Source of the DNA: Flavobacteriales bacterium
Lineage (GTDB): Bacteria > Bacteroidota > Bacteroidia > UBA10329
Direction of reading: 5' to 3'
Length of the DNA stretch: 56,674 nucleotides
Assembly: GCA_041687875.1 (NCBI GenBank)
Contig: JBDNJH010000176.1
Coordinates: forward strand, 1 to 56,674
A model generated the notes under the pieces. It ran no database searches. It saw only the letters and a program-made list of their open reading frames with translations, and was not told the origin of the DNA. Position numbers and translations under genes: made by a program. Positions 1-9,519 of the stretch are shown piece after piece (within the stretch, counting starts at the first letter, position 1; the number at the start of each line of letters is the position of its first letter).

Positions 1-245
1 AGTACAAACGCCAGTGCCGAGTCTTTCAACTCAAAAATAAAGCTCTTTAGGGCTAACCTTAGAGGGGTTACTGATACTACTTTCTTCCTTTTTCGCTTGG
101 CTAAACTTTTCGCCTAGTCCCCCTATTAATTAATGTGAGCCGAATATTTTGACTTCGTTTTATGGGCCAAGGCCAAACTGGCAAAGCGTTCCATGAATGA
201 AATGTACATGGAGAAATTGAAGGAGAACTATGTGCCGATCTCCGA

Positions 246-2858
246 TTAGGCCGTAAGGAAGGTTCTGGTGTTGAGAGCTGCGTTGAGTCCATCAGCATCC
301 ATACCACCAGCACTCGCATAAGTAGGCTGCCCACCACCGCCACCTTTGATATGTGCAGCGAGCGGACGAATCATCTCTCCAGCTTTCCAGCCTTTAGAAT
401 CAACCAAATCTTGACTGATGACCAAATGAAGTCCTGGTTTTCCATCGCTTAATACGCCAAGTAAAGCCACCAAACCTTTTTCCTTTTTCAGGTCGAAACA
501 GAGGTTTTTGATGGCTGAGGGATCTTCGAGGGAAATGCGTTCCGAGATGAGTTTGTAATCGCCTTTGTCTACAGCTTTAGCAAGTAATTCGTCTTTCAGT
601 CCAGAAGCAGCCTTGGCATTAAAACCTTCAATTTTCTGCTGAAGTTCTTTGATTTGTGCTTGAAGTTGCTGCACACTTTTCAGCGGGTCTTTTGTTTTGA
701 GCGCATTTTTCAACTCATTCACTTCGGTATAAGCCGAATTGAGTTCGTTGAATGCATTTATTCCCGTGACCGCTTCAATTCTTCGGATACCGGCAGCAAC
801 GGATCCTTCCGAAACAATCTTGAGCAGACCAATGTCGCCTGTGGCTTTGGTGTGCGTTCCGCCACAAAGCTCAACGGAGAAATCCTTTCCGAAGGTGATA
901 ACGCGAACGAGATCGCCATATTTCTCACCGAAAAGAGCCATGGCACCCATTTCTTTGGCTGCGTTTATCGGCACATTCCGTTGTTCATCCAGCGAAATAT
1001 TTGCACGTATCTGTGCATTCACTTTGGTTTCAATCTCAATCAGTTCTTCGTCAGAAACCTTGCTGAAATGCGAAAAGTCAAAGCGTAAATAATCGGGATT
1101 TACCAACGAACCTTTTTGCTCTACATGATTTCCCAACACATCGCGCAAAACGGCATGGAGTAGGTGAGTGGCCGAGTGATTTAACGCTGTAGATTGTCGC
1201 TTGTCGGAATTCACCACCGCTTTAAAAGTCGCTTTTGGGTCGCTAGGCAGTTTTCCGACCAAATGAATGATGAGGTCGTTCTCTTTTTTGGTGTCTAAAA
1301 TGTAGGTTTTTTCTCCATCGGACTCAATAAATCCAGTGTCGCCTACCTGTCCGCCACTCTCTGCATAAAACGGTGTTATATTAAACACAAGCTGATAGAA
1401 CTCCTCGCCTTTGGCAACAACCTTTCGATAGCGCGTGATAGAAACCTGCGTTTCCAACAAATCATAACCCACAAATTCCTCTCGGTCGTCTTTTCGGAGA
1501 ATTGTCCAATCCGAACTTTCTGTTACGGTTGCAGCGCGAGAACGCACTTTTTGCTCTTGCAACCCTTCATTGAAACCTTGAATATCTACATGCAAACCTT
1601 GTTCTCGTGCCATCAGTTCCGTTAGATCAATTGGAAAACCGAAGGTGTCATAAAGCTCAAATGCAAACTTGCCATCAATGGTCTTTCCATGAAGCGAATT
1701 CACATAATTGTTGAACCGGTCAATTCCCTTATCGAGGGTTCTCAAAAATGAAGATTCCTCTTCTTGAATTACACGTGTAATAAGTTCTTGCTGCTTTTTC
1801 AGTTCAGGGAAAGCATCGCCCATTTGATTTGCCAATGTTGGAACCAACTGATACATGAATCCTTCTTTGAAACCAAGGAAACTGTAGCCGTAACGAATTG
1901 CTCTTCTCAAAATTCGTTTTATCACATATCCCGCGCCCGAATTGCTCGGAATCTGACCATCCGCAATGGCAAACGACACAGCGCGAATGTGGTCAGCAAT
2001 AACGCGGATAGCTATATCGGTCTGACTATCTGATGAAGTGTATTTTGTGTCGCTCAGTTCCGAGATCTTTGCAATCATCGGGCTGAAAACATCCGTATCG
2101 TAGTTGGAAGTTTTGTGCTGCAGCGCCATGCACAGTCGCTCAAATCCCATTCCCGTGTCCACGTGCTTGGCAGGAAGATTTTCCAGCGAGCCGTTAGACT
2201 TTCTATTGAATTGAATGAAAACTAGATTCCAGATTTCCACAACTTGTGGATGGTCGTTATTCACCAAGTCGCGACCTGGCTTTGCTTTCCGCTCTGCATC
2301 TGAACGTAGATCCACATGAATTTCTGAGCACGGCCCGCACGGCCCTTGATCGCCCATTTCCCAGAAGTTGTCCTTCTTGTTTGCTCTCAGAATGCGTTCG
2401 GCAGGAAGATATTGCTTCCATAAATCTTCGGCTTCCGTATCAGCTTCCAATTTGTCGGATTCATCACCTTCAAAAACCGTTGCGTACAGAAGTTCAGGGT
2501 CGAGTTTATACACATCAACGAGCAGTTCCCATGCCCAATCAATGGCGTCTTTTTTGAAGTAATCACCAAAACTCCAATTGCCAAGCATCTCAAACATGGT
2601 GTGGTGGTACGTGTCCACACCAACTTCTTCCAAATCGTTGTGCTTACCCGAAACACGAAGACATTTCTGAGTGTCGGCTATCCGTACATCTTTCGCTTCG
2701 CGATTTCCAAGAAAAATATCCTTGAACTGATTCATGCCCGCATTGGTGAACATCAATGTTGGATCATCCTTCACCACCATGGGCGCGGAATCGACAATTC
2801 TGTGCTGTTTTTCCTTGAAAAAGTCGAGAAACGTTTGGCGGATTTCCTTGCTAGTCAT
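246..2858 (-). CDS. alaS: alanine--tRNA ligase
   Basis: 870-aa ORF. Class II aaRS core (HHTMFEMLGNWSFGDYFK), editing-domain HSATHLLH and CGGTH motifs, C-terminal DHHA1-like GGGGGQP. Confidence 0.97.
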   Translation of the reverse strand: MTSKEIRQTFLDFFKEKQHRIVDSAPMVVKDDPTLMFTNAGMNQFKDIFLGNREAKDVRIADTQKCLRVSGKHNDLEEVGVDTYHHTMFEMLGNWSFGDYFKKDAIDWAWELLVDVYKLDPELLYATVFEGDESDKLEADTEAEDLWKQYLPAERILRANKKDNFWEMGDQGPCGPCSEIHVDLRSDAERKAKPGRDLVNNDHPQVVEIWNLVFIQFNRKSNGSLENLPAKHVDTGMGFERLCMALQHKTSNYDTDVFSPMIAKISELSDTKYTSSDSQTDIAIRVIADHIRAVSFAIADGQIPSNSGAGYVIKRILRRAIRYGYSFLGFKEGFMYQLVPTLANQMGDAFPELKKQQELITRVIQEEESSFLRTLDKGIDRFNNYVNSLHGKTIDGKFAFELYDTFGFPIDLTELMAREQGLHVDIQGFNEGLQEQKVRSRAATVTESSDWTILRKDDREEFVGYDLLETQVSITRYRKVVAKGEEFYQLVFNITPFYAESGGQVGDTGFIESDGEKTYILDTKKENDLIIHLVGKLPSDPKATFKAVVNSDKRQSTALNHSATHLLHAVLRDVLGNHVEQKGSLVNPDYLRFDFSHFSKVSDEELIEIETKVNAQIRANISLDEQRNVPINAAKEMGAMALFGEKYGDLVRVITFGKDFSVELCGGTHTKATGDIGLLKIVSEGSVAAGIRRIEAVTGINAFNELNSAYTEVNELKNALKTKDPLKSVQQLQAQIKELQQKIEGFNAKAASGLKDELLAKAVDKGDYKLISERISLEDPSAIKNLCFDLKKEKGLVALLGVLSDGKPGLHLVISQDLVDSKGWKAGEMIRPLAAHIKGGGGGQPTYASAGGMDADGLNAALNTRTFLTA

Positions 2859-2983
2859 ACTTGTTTAATCTTTGAATCAGATGCTTTTGGCTATTTGGTT
2901 GCAAAATAGCCCGTTGAGCAATTTTACTAAATTCGCGGGGCATATTATTCAGAAAGGCGGCAAAATTAAGGAATAGACGAAGA

Positions 2984-3955
2984 ATGTCTAAGGTCAAATT
3001 CCAGTTTGATAAACGTACACTAACCTACAGAAAGGTTGAGATTGGTGCGAAGCAGATTCTCGTCAGAGTTTTCGGCTACTTGGCTGCATCCTCTGTTTTT
3101 GCAGTAATTGTAATTCTGTTGTTCTCTACCTTTTTTGACAGTCCAAAGGAAAAACAGTTGAGACGTGAGATTACGGCTTTAGAACTTCAGTATAAGGTTT
3201 TGGGAAATCGAATGGCACGGGTAGATCAAGTATTGGCCGAGTTGCAGGAGAAGGATGATGATATTTATCGTGTGATTTTTGAAGCGGAACCGATTCCAAG
3301 TTCGGTGCGTCAGGCCGGATTTGGAGGGGTAAACCGTTATCGTGATTTGGAACAATTGGACAATGCAGAGATTGTTGTAAGTACCACCAAGCGGTTGGAT
3401 GAGTTGACCAAGAAGTTGGTTGTTCAATCCAGAAGTTTTGATGAGGTAATTGCGCTGGCAAAAAACAAAGAAGCAATGTTGGCAAGTATCCCTGCCATTC
3501 AACCCATTTCTAACGATAAACTGACCAGAGTTGCTTCTGGTTTCAACTACCGGATCCATCCTATATATAAGGTTCGTCATTTCCATACTGGAATTGATTT
3601 TGCCGCTCCGCGTGGAACCGATATTTATGCCACAGGCGATGGAGTTGTGAAAGAAGTGAATTTAAAAAAAGGCGGTTATGGCTATCACATCATCATAGAT
3701 CACGGTTATGATTATGAAACGCTCTATGCCCACATGAGCCGTTTCAAGGTCAGAGTGGGAGAGAAGGTGAAGCGGGGCGATGTGATTGGTTATGTGGGCA
3801 GTTCGGGCACGAGTACGGCACCGCATCTTCATTACGAGGTGATTAAGAACGGGGAGAAAATTAATCCGATGAATTTCTTCTTCAACGACCTCACTCCAGA
3901 GGAATACGAAAAAGTGTTGGAGCTTTCGACCCAGTCAAACCAATCGTTCGATTAA
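2984..3955 (+). CDS. M23 family metallopeptidase with N-terminal TM segment and coiled coil
   Basis: 323 aa. LytM-type motifs HTGIDFAAPRGTDIYA and GTSTAPHLHYEV. Confidence 0.9.
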   Translation: MSKVKFQFDKRTLTYRKVEIGAKQILVRVFGYLAASSVFAVIVILLFSTFFDSPKEKQLRREITALELQYKVLGNRMARVDQVLAELQEKDDDIYRVIFEAEPIPSSVRQAGFGGVNRYRDLEQLDNAEIVVSTTKRLDELTKKLVVQSRSFDEVIALAKNKEAMLASIPAIQPISNDKLTRVASGFNYRIHPIYKVRHFHTGIDFAAPRGTDIYATGDGVVKEVNLKKGGYGYHIIIDHGYDYETLYAHMSRFKVRVGEKVKRGDVIGYVGSSGTSTAPHLHYEVIKNGEKINPMNFFFNDLTPEEYEKVLELSTQSNQSFD

Positions 3956-3959
3956 CGGT

Positions 3960-4295
3960 ATGGCCTACAAGGAAAAACCCATAACCAAGCTCTATTACTC
4001 AATCGGAGAGGTTGCGAAGATGTTTGATGTAAACAATTCGCTCATTCGTTTTTGGGAAAAGGAATTTGATATTCTCAAACCGAAGAAGAACGCCAAGGGC
4101 AATCGTCTTTTTACTCAAAAGGACGTTGATAATCTCAAAATCATCTTCCATTTAGTCAAAGAGCGTGGTTTTACGTTGGATGGTGCCAAAAAGAAGCTGC
4201 GTGAGAATAAATCTGATTCAACTCCGAATGAGGAAATTGTGGAACGCTTAAAGGAAATTCGTGGTTTTTTGGTTGATCTGAGGGATAATCTTTGA
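3960..4295 (+). CDS. MerR family transcriptional regulator
   Basis: 111 aa. N-terminal winged HTH YSIGEVAKMFDVNNSLIRFWEKEF typical of the MerR family. Starts 5 nt after the M23 gene. Confidence 0.85.
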   Translation: MAYKEKPITKLYYSIGEVAKMFDVNNSLIRFWEKEFDILKPKKNAKGNRLFTQKDVDNLKIIFHLVKERGFTLDGAKKKLRENKSDSTPNEEIVERLKEIRGFLVDLRDNL

Positions 4296-5849
4296 TTACA
4301 CCTGCGGCATCGTAGCCTTTTCCCGTACAACCACCCCGAACTCCCTTCCAGAAGCTTTGGCTTCAGCCCATGAGACAAAATCGAAATACTCGAAAGCGCT
4401 GCTTTCCAGTTGGTCGTCCTTCAGTTCGCGCATTTTTTCCAGGAACACTTCATATTGCTCATTTTCCGAGATTCTGTCAGGAGATTTTAGCAGTTTACCA
4501 ATAAGGTCTAAGAACGAGGTTTCGAACTTGAAATAACGGTTTCGCGTGCTCAAATACCGCTCGGTTGAGCGGAGCGCGTAGGGCAGCAGGTTCTTGTTGT
4601 TCAACTCTATATGGATGAGTAGGTTGAGCAACTGTCCGAAGCAATAGATGTCCAAACTCTTCGAAATATCTATGTCGTTGAGCAATCGATTGGTCCATTT
4701 CAGAGCATCGTTATACTTCTTGGCCCCAAAATAAATGATGGCAATATTGAAGTAGAAGAAAGCCTTCCGAACGCTGTTCAGTTGGTTTTCATACAGTATC
4801 AGTCCGGCCTCTATCTGCGGGATAATCTCCAGTCCTTTTTCAAACTCACCCGTGAGGAAATAAATGGTCAGTTCAATGCTGTTCGCGCTGGAGAAAAGCT
4901 TGATCTCCAAATCCTCATTGTTTTTGATTTCCATGGTCTCAGGCAATTCGCGCAACTTCTTTAAATAGAAGAAAACCGCCTTAAAATCCTTGACCTGACT
5001 GGCCACATAAACGATGTTGGTCAGAATGGAGAAGTAAATGTTTGGCTCCTCTTGAAACTTGTCAAGATTGGCCTCAATATGATCCACATTCGCTTTCAGG
5101 TACTTGAACGAATTGGCATAATCGCCCACCCCGAAATAATACGCACTGTATATATGATTGTACAAATATTCTGACTGATGAAAAATATGCTCCGCTTCGC
5201 GATTAAGCAAAGTATCATCAATAATTGATTTCAACTTGGTCAGACCCTCCTCCGTGCGCGCCTTCCCTTTCTTATTCAGGATATTGAACAGACGGCTTTT
5301 GATACCCCAGAAATCATTGTACACCTCTATCATTTTGGTGATGCGCGTATTCTCCAACATCATCGCTTCCAACTCATCGTCTCCAATGTTCTCGTAGTTT
5401 TCCTTTTCTATAAGGAGCTTTTCCCACATAAAAATTTCTAGTAGAGAAGTGTGCTTGTCATACTTATAGGCCAATTTTTTTGCACCGTTCAAAAGCTTTT
5501 GGCTTTGTTCGTAAAGCCCTCTTTTGTAAAGTATTTCTGTGCAGTGCAACGAGCGTTTCAATTGCGCATCAATGGAACTGTTGGAATGGAAAGAATCGAG
5601 CGACCGCAGAATGACATCATAAAGCCGCGTTTTGGCAATGGGAAGAGCCTTTGCCAAGGCCTGATTTTTCAGATTCTTCTTCATCAAAGCCTCATCATAT
5701 TCGTCCTGTTTATCCACGGCATCGAACAAAAGTTGGTGATTATTCTTGTCGCCCGCCTGTTTGGACGTATAAATCTTGAAGTACCGTTTCTCGGCCTTGC
5801 TCAGCGACTTGATTAGCTGAAATACTTTATCTGAAGAGGTGTTAGACAT
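4296..5849 (-). CDS. hypothetical all-helical (TPR-like) protein, paralog of the 51024..52574 ORF
   Basis: 517 aa with a clean long ORF. N-terminus (FQLIKSLSKAEKRYFKIY) and overall length match the 516-aa ORF (FELVQSLELNEKRYFKLQ). Function not recognised. Confidence 0.7.
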   Translation of the reverse strand: MSNTSSDKVFQLIKSLSKAEKRYFKIYTSKQAGDKNNHQLLFDAVDKQDEYDEALMKKNLKNQALAKALPIAKTRLYDVILRSLDSFHSNSSIDAQLKRSLHCTEILYKRGLYEQSQKLLNGAKKLAYKYDKHTSLLEIFMWEKLLIEKENYENIGDDELEAMMLENTRITKMIEVYNDFWGIKSRLFNILNKKGKARTEEGLTKLKSIIDDTLLNREAEHIFHQSEYLYNHIYSAYYFGVGDYANSFKYLKANVDHIEANLDKFQEEPNIYFSILTNIVYVASQVKDFKAVFFYLKKLRELPETMEIKNNEDLEIKLFSSANSIELTIYFLTGEFEKGLEIIPQIEAGLILYENQLNSVRKAFFYFNIAIIYFGAKKYNDALKWTNRLLNDIDISKSLDIYCFGQLLNLLIHIELNNKNLLPYALRSTERYLSTRNRYFKFETSFLDLIGKLLKSPDRISENEQYEVFLEKMRELKDDQLESSAFEYFDFVSWAEAKASGREFGVVVREKATMPQV

Positions 5850-6317
5850 GTAATTTAAAGTAACAGTTTTGTTTCCAATAGATGGCTTAGAGAAGTAATA
5901 AATAGATGATGCCCTTATTCATTCCGCTATTCGGTTGCATCGCCTTGCTCTGGCAGTTTGAACTCAGTACAAGATAAAAACGTGTTTTCATTTACGGGTT
6001 CATTTCGTTACTTTTAAGGTAACACATAAAAACCATCGGTTAGACATGTAATTAATCAAATGTTGATGGATGGTTTGGACGTTAGATGTGTAATAATTGC
6101 ATGATTTGTTGAAAACGCTTAGAAACGTAATTCATAATAGATGTTAAAAGTGAATTAACGTATTGATAATCAATAGAATATAGAAATGAAAAACGGGGTT
6201 GTAGTGGTTTTGATATGTATAGAATGGTCACTTACGTGGTTTGCCCGTCCCAAACACCTTGCTTAACTTTAGCCTACCGATTAGGAAAAACAGAAGTCGA
6301 ATCCTTTAAATAAGAAC

Positions 6318-6812
6318 ATGATGAAAAACATTTACAACAATTACAAGGGTCACAAAGCAGTAAAAGGTCTGCTACGTATTTCTGCCATTCTCATTCTGGC
6401 CATGGTGTGGATACTTATAGACAAGGGAAACATCTACGGTCAGAGCTTTTCAGAGAAGAGCCAACTTTCCAAACTTTCGTTGGAGCAATCAACGACTTCT
6501 CAAACTCCGCTATTTAAGGATGGCGATGGAAGTCGGGATGGAGATTTGCCATTAGAAGGCGATGAAGACAATGAGTTTGTGGTGAAACCTAATCCAGTGG
6601 AAGGCGAGCTCGTTTTTGATTTCGAGTTCACAGTAAAAACCTCCATTCCTTTTGAGATTTACGATCCACTAGGAAAACTGGTAGACACAGGCGGTTTTGA
6701 ACCAGGCATCAAATCACAGAAACTAGATTTTTCGAAATACCCAACTGGAATGTATATCGTTCGATTGAACATTGGCGGAAAGGTCGAGGTTAGGCGGGTT
6801 ATTAAGAAGTGA
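6318..6812 (+). CDS. small secreted protein with T9SS-type C-terminal sorting domain
   Basis: 164 aa. N-terminal hydrophobic segment. C-terminal ~80 aa (VKPNPVEGELVF...IYDPLGKLV...GMYIVRLNIGGKVEVRRVIKK) match the T9SS CTD pattern. Confidence 0.7.
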   Translation: MMKNIYNNYKGHKAVKGLLRISAILILAMVWILIDKGNIYGQSFSEKSQLSKLSLEQSTTSQTPLFKDGDGSRDGDLPLEGDEDNEFVVKPNPVEGELVFDFEFTVKTSIPFEIYDPLGKLVDTGGFEPGIKSQKLDFSKYPTGMYIVRLNIGGKVEVRRVIKK

Positions 6813-6944
6813 TAAGTTGATAAAGAGATAAAGTTGATGGAGCGGTGAGGGTTGCGTTCAATCGTAAATCGTAATTCGTAATTCATAATTGGTTCTTTGA
6901 CATACTGATAAGAAGAAGAAAAGACTGAAATTCAGCACTTTCTA

Positions 6945-7910
6945 TCAGAGATACTTGCCTGTTAGCAGATACTTGCCAACGTAATCGGCAACGCCTTCCT
7001 CCAATGTGTGGAATGGTGTGGTAAAACCGATTAATCTCAATTTGGTCATGTTGGCCTCTGTGAAATACTGGTATTTGTCTCTGATATCCGCTGGAGTGTC
7101 CACAAAACTGATGTTCTCGGGTTTGTCCATGGCTTTAAAAGTGGCCTTGGTCAAATCGAGAAAGGTTCGGGCCTGTCCCGTTCCTAGATTGTAGATGCCC
7201 GAATGTTTTCGGGTCTCCATCAGAAAGATGCAGGTATTGATAACGTCCTTCACGTAAATGAAATCTCTAAGTTGCTCGCCATCTTGGTAGTTCGGGTTGT
7301 GCGAACGAAAGAGTTTCATCTCACCAAATTGGGTGATTTGGTTGAACGCGTGAAGGATTACAGACGCCATTCTTCCTTTATGATATTCGTTTGGGCCATA
7401 CACGTTGAAGAATTTCAACCCCGACCAGAAAAATGGCTTGGTACGCTGGTCGGTGGCCCACTGATCGAATTCGTTTTTTGACTCTCCGTAAGGGTTTAAG
7501 GGTTTGAGGTTTTGTATCACGGAATGATTGTCCTCAAATCCAAGTTCTCCCAAACCGTAGGTCGCAGCCGATGACGCGTAAACTAAAGGAAGACCGAATT
7601 CAGCACACAGGTTCCATACTCGTTTCGAGTAATCGACATTGAGTTCTTGGAATATCTGATAGTTGAATTCGGTGGTGTCTGTTCTTGCACCTAAATGAAA
7701 GATGAACTGAATGAAACGGTGATTGTCTCCAATCCATCTGAAAAAGTCCTTTCGGTCAACTTTGGCCGTCAGTTCTTTCCCATCAAGGTTTTTGTTTTTG
7801 ATGGGATTGCTGAAATCGTCAACAGCCACTAGATCAACGTAGCCAGCGTTTTTCAGTCCCGCCAGCAGGCAACTTCCAATGAATCCAGCAGCTCCGGTTA
7901 CAACAATCAT
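6945..7910 (-). CDS. hldD: ADP-glyceromanno-heptose 6-epimerase-like NAD-dependent epimerase
   Basis: 321 aa. Rossmann motif VTGAAGFIGS, ASSAATYG, YGESK and FFNVYGPNEYHKGRMASV align with my memory of E. coli HldD/RfaD. Confidence 0.85.
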   Translation of the reverse strand: MIVVTGAAGFIGSCLLAGLKNAGYVDLVAVDDFSNPIKNKNLDGKELTAKVDRKDFFRWIGDNHRFIQFIFHLGARTDTTEFNYQIFQELNVDYSKRVWNLCAEFGLPLVYASSAATYGLGELGFEDNHSVIQNLKPLNPYGESKNEFDQWATDQRTKPFFWSGLKFFNVYGPNEYHKGRMASVILHAFNQITQFGEMKLFRSHNPNYQDGEQLRDFIYVKDVINTCIFLMETRKHSGIYNLGTGQARTFLDLTKATFKAMDKPENISFVDTPADIRDKYQYFTEANMTKLRLIGFTTPFHTLEEGVADYVGKYLLTGKYL

Positions 7911-8342
7911 TTAATTGAAAATGAAAAGAGTGTTGCCGTCAAAGTCGGTGTTGTATTGCTGAAGTCCAATAGCTGCCGGACCGTCAATGGGAGCACCGTC
8001 AATGATGAGGAATTTGGAATCGCAACATTCGGTGTCAACCGCGCTGATGTCGGTGTTATCCATTGTTACGCGGCAATTGTCATCAACAATAAAGGTGCAA
8101 TGACGGTCGTAGGCACGGAATTCTTCAGGAGAGAACCGATAAACAATGATTCCTTGCGAACCACCAGCAATGGTTACAAAGCCGCCAACAGCAAGCAAAG
8201 ACGAAAATTCTGGGTTGGAAACCGTAATCTGAAAGTTTACGGGTACGTAAGGAATACCACTTCTGTTGGTTCGGTCGCAGGCCGAAAACACCAAAAGGAC
8301 TAGCAGCATACTAAAACCCAAGAAAGTTCGTGTCGAATTCAT
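7911..8342 (-). CDS. hypothetical lipoprotein
   Basis: 143 aa. Signal peptide with lipobox-like LVFSAC. Abuts the hldD-like gene with zero spacer, so they are probably co-transcribed. Confidence 0.6.
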   Translation of the reverse strand: MNSTRTFLGFSMLLVLLVFSACDRTNRSGIPYVPVNFQITVSNPEFSSLLAVGGFVTIAGGSQGIIVYRFSPEEFRAYDRHCTFIVDDNCRVTMDNTDISAVDTECCDSKFLIIDGAPIDGPAAIGLQQYNTDFDGNTLFIFN

Positions 8343-8671
8343 ACGGCAAAGTTAGCGGTTACAGCCCATTTGGTTTTGGCTTTATTGCACGGCAATCGAA
8401 TCTTAAATAATAGACATGAAGTAGTCATAGATGCACGAATTTTTCACGGATAATCTGTTTTATTTCTGTAAAAACCCGTGCATCTGTAGTAGAAAATATG
8501 TTTTTCAATAGTTTTTGGAAATAACACCCAATTTATGCGATTTTTTTGTGAGTAATAAGTTCCGGATATGATATGAGGTATTACTTTGGGCTGCTTGAAA
8601 CGATTAAATCATGCGCCAATTGTGTCCGTTCTTGTACATTCGGAATCTCATTTGCAGAACATATTTGAGCC

Positions 8672-8944
8672 ATGAATTTTTTGAAGCAAGTCTTACTCAC
8701 CATCTTCTTATCAGTAATTGCAAGCGCAGGATTTGCGCAAAGTTCTGCCACCAAGGCACAAAAGGAGGCTGATAAAAAGCAGGACGCACTAAAGAAAGAG
8801 AGTGATGCTGCCCAAGAAAAAGCCATTAAAAGGCATTGGAAAGGACAGGATAAGGAAACAAGAAAACGAATGAAACAGACCCAGAAAAAGTCGAAGAGAA
8901 ATCAACGGACTAAGAAGTGGTCGGCAAAAAAGAAAAAAGAATAA
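8672..8944 (+). CDS. small secreted Lys/Gln-rich protein
   Basis: 90 aa. Signal peptide (ASAGFAQ) followed by highly basic low-complexity sequence. Coding status is moderately supported by tight coupling to the next ORF. Confidence 0.45.
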   Translation: MNFLKQVLLTIFLSVIASAGFAQSSATKAQKEADKKQDALKKESDAAQEKAIKRHWKGQDKETRKRMKQTQKKSKRNQRTKKWSAKKKKE

Positions 8945-8945
8945 A

Positions 8946-9410
8946 ATGGATGATTTCGGAAACATAGTTTACGTGTTGGCAGCCATAGCATGGTTTGCAT
9001 GGAACACTTATAAGAAGTCTCAGAATGGAGGCGAGAAGAAATCTAAGCCTCGCTCAGAGCAAAGGCGGAATGTTGAAACTCGTAAAGAGCAGCCATCTCG
9101 TTCTCTGGAAGACATTATTATGGAACAATTGGAGGGAAGGAAAGCTCCTAAGCCAGAGCCAATTCCAGTTGTGCGAGCCAAAAATAATCAGGACAAGTTT
9201 TTGAAAACTGATTTGACCCATTCCCATCTTTCTGAAAATTATAAAATGTCATCAGGAGAAATAACAAGACATCGAGTACAGCGCCAAGTACCGAAAGTTA
9301 AAATGGAGGTTATAGAGGAAGAAAACCTAATGGATAGTTTGATGCCCAATGGCTTTGATTTGAGACAGGCGGTGGTACTCAATGCTATACTCGAAAGACC
9401 TTATAATTGA
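8946..9410 (+). CDS. hypothetical membrane-anchored protein
   Basis: 154 aa. One N-terminal TM segment (IVYVLAAIAWFAW). Starts 2 nt after the previous stop. Confidence 0.5.
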   Translation: MDDFGNIVYVLAAIAWFAWNTYKKSQNGGEKKSKPRSEQRRNVETRKEQPSRSLEDIIMEQLEGRKAPKPEPIPVVRAKNNQDKFLKTDLTHSHLSENYKMSSGEITRHRVQRQVPKVKMEVIEEENLMDSLMPNGFDLRQAVVLNAILERPYN

Positions 9411-9519
9411 ACTCAAATTAACACCCGTTAACAATTGTTTAACAAATATTGACACACGGATTGATCTTTGCTACTTTAGCCGCGCTTTTTCAGGAAGCAT
9501 AATTGAAAAGTAAATTGGT

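Noticed and set aside
1-249. Short plus-strand frame ending at TAG 247-249 (…MNEMYMEKLKENYVPISD*), a possible 3' end of a truncated gene
   Set aside because: Upstream in-frame stops at 127-129 and 136-138 leave only about 36 codons. There is no convincing start and no recognisable family.
654-2909. Multiple 60-144-aa ORFs on the plus strand and nested minus-strand ORFs inside alaS
   Set aside because: They are shadow ORFs inside an 870-aa gene with unmistakable AlaRS motifs. Their composition is low-complexity and they show no recognisable domains.
6280-6310. gtcgaatcc string resembling a tRNA T-arm
   Set aside because: The flanking sequence cannot form an acceptor stem or the other arms. 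No cloverleaf could be drawn.
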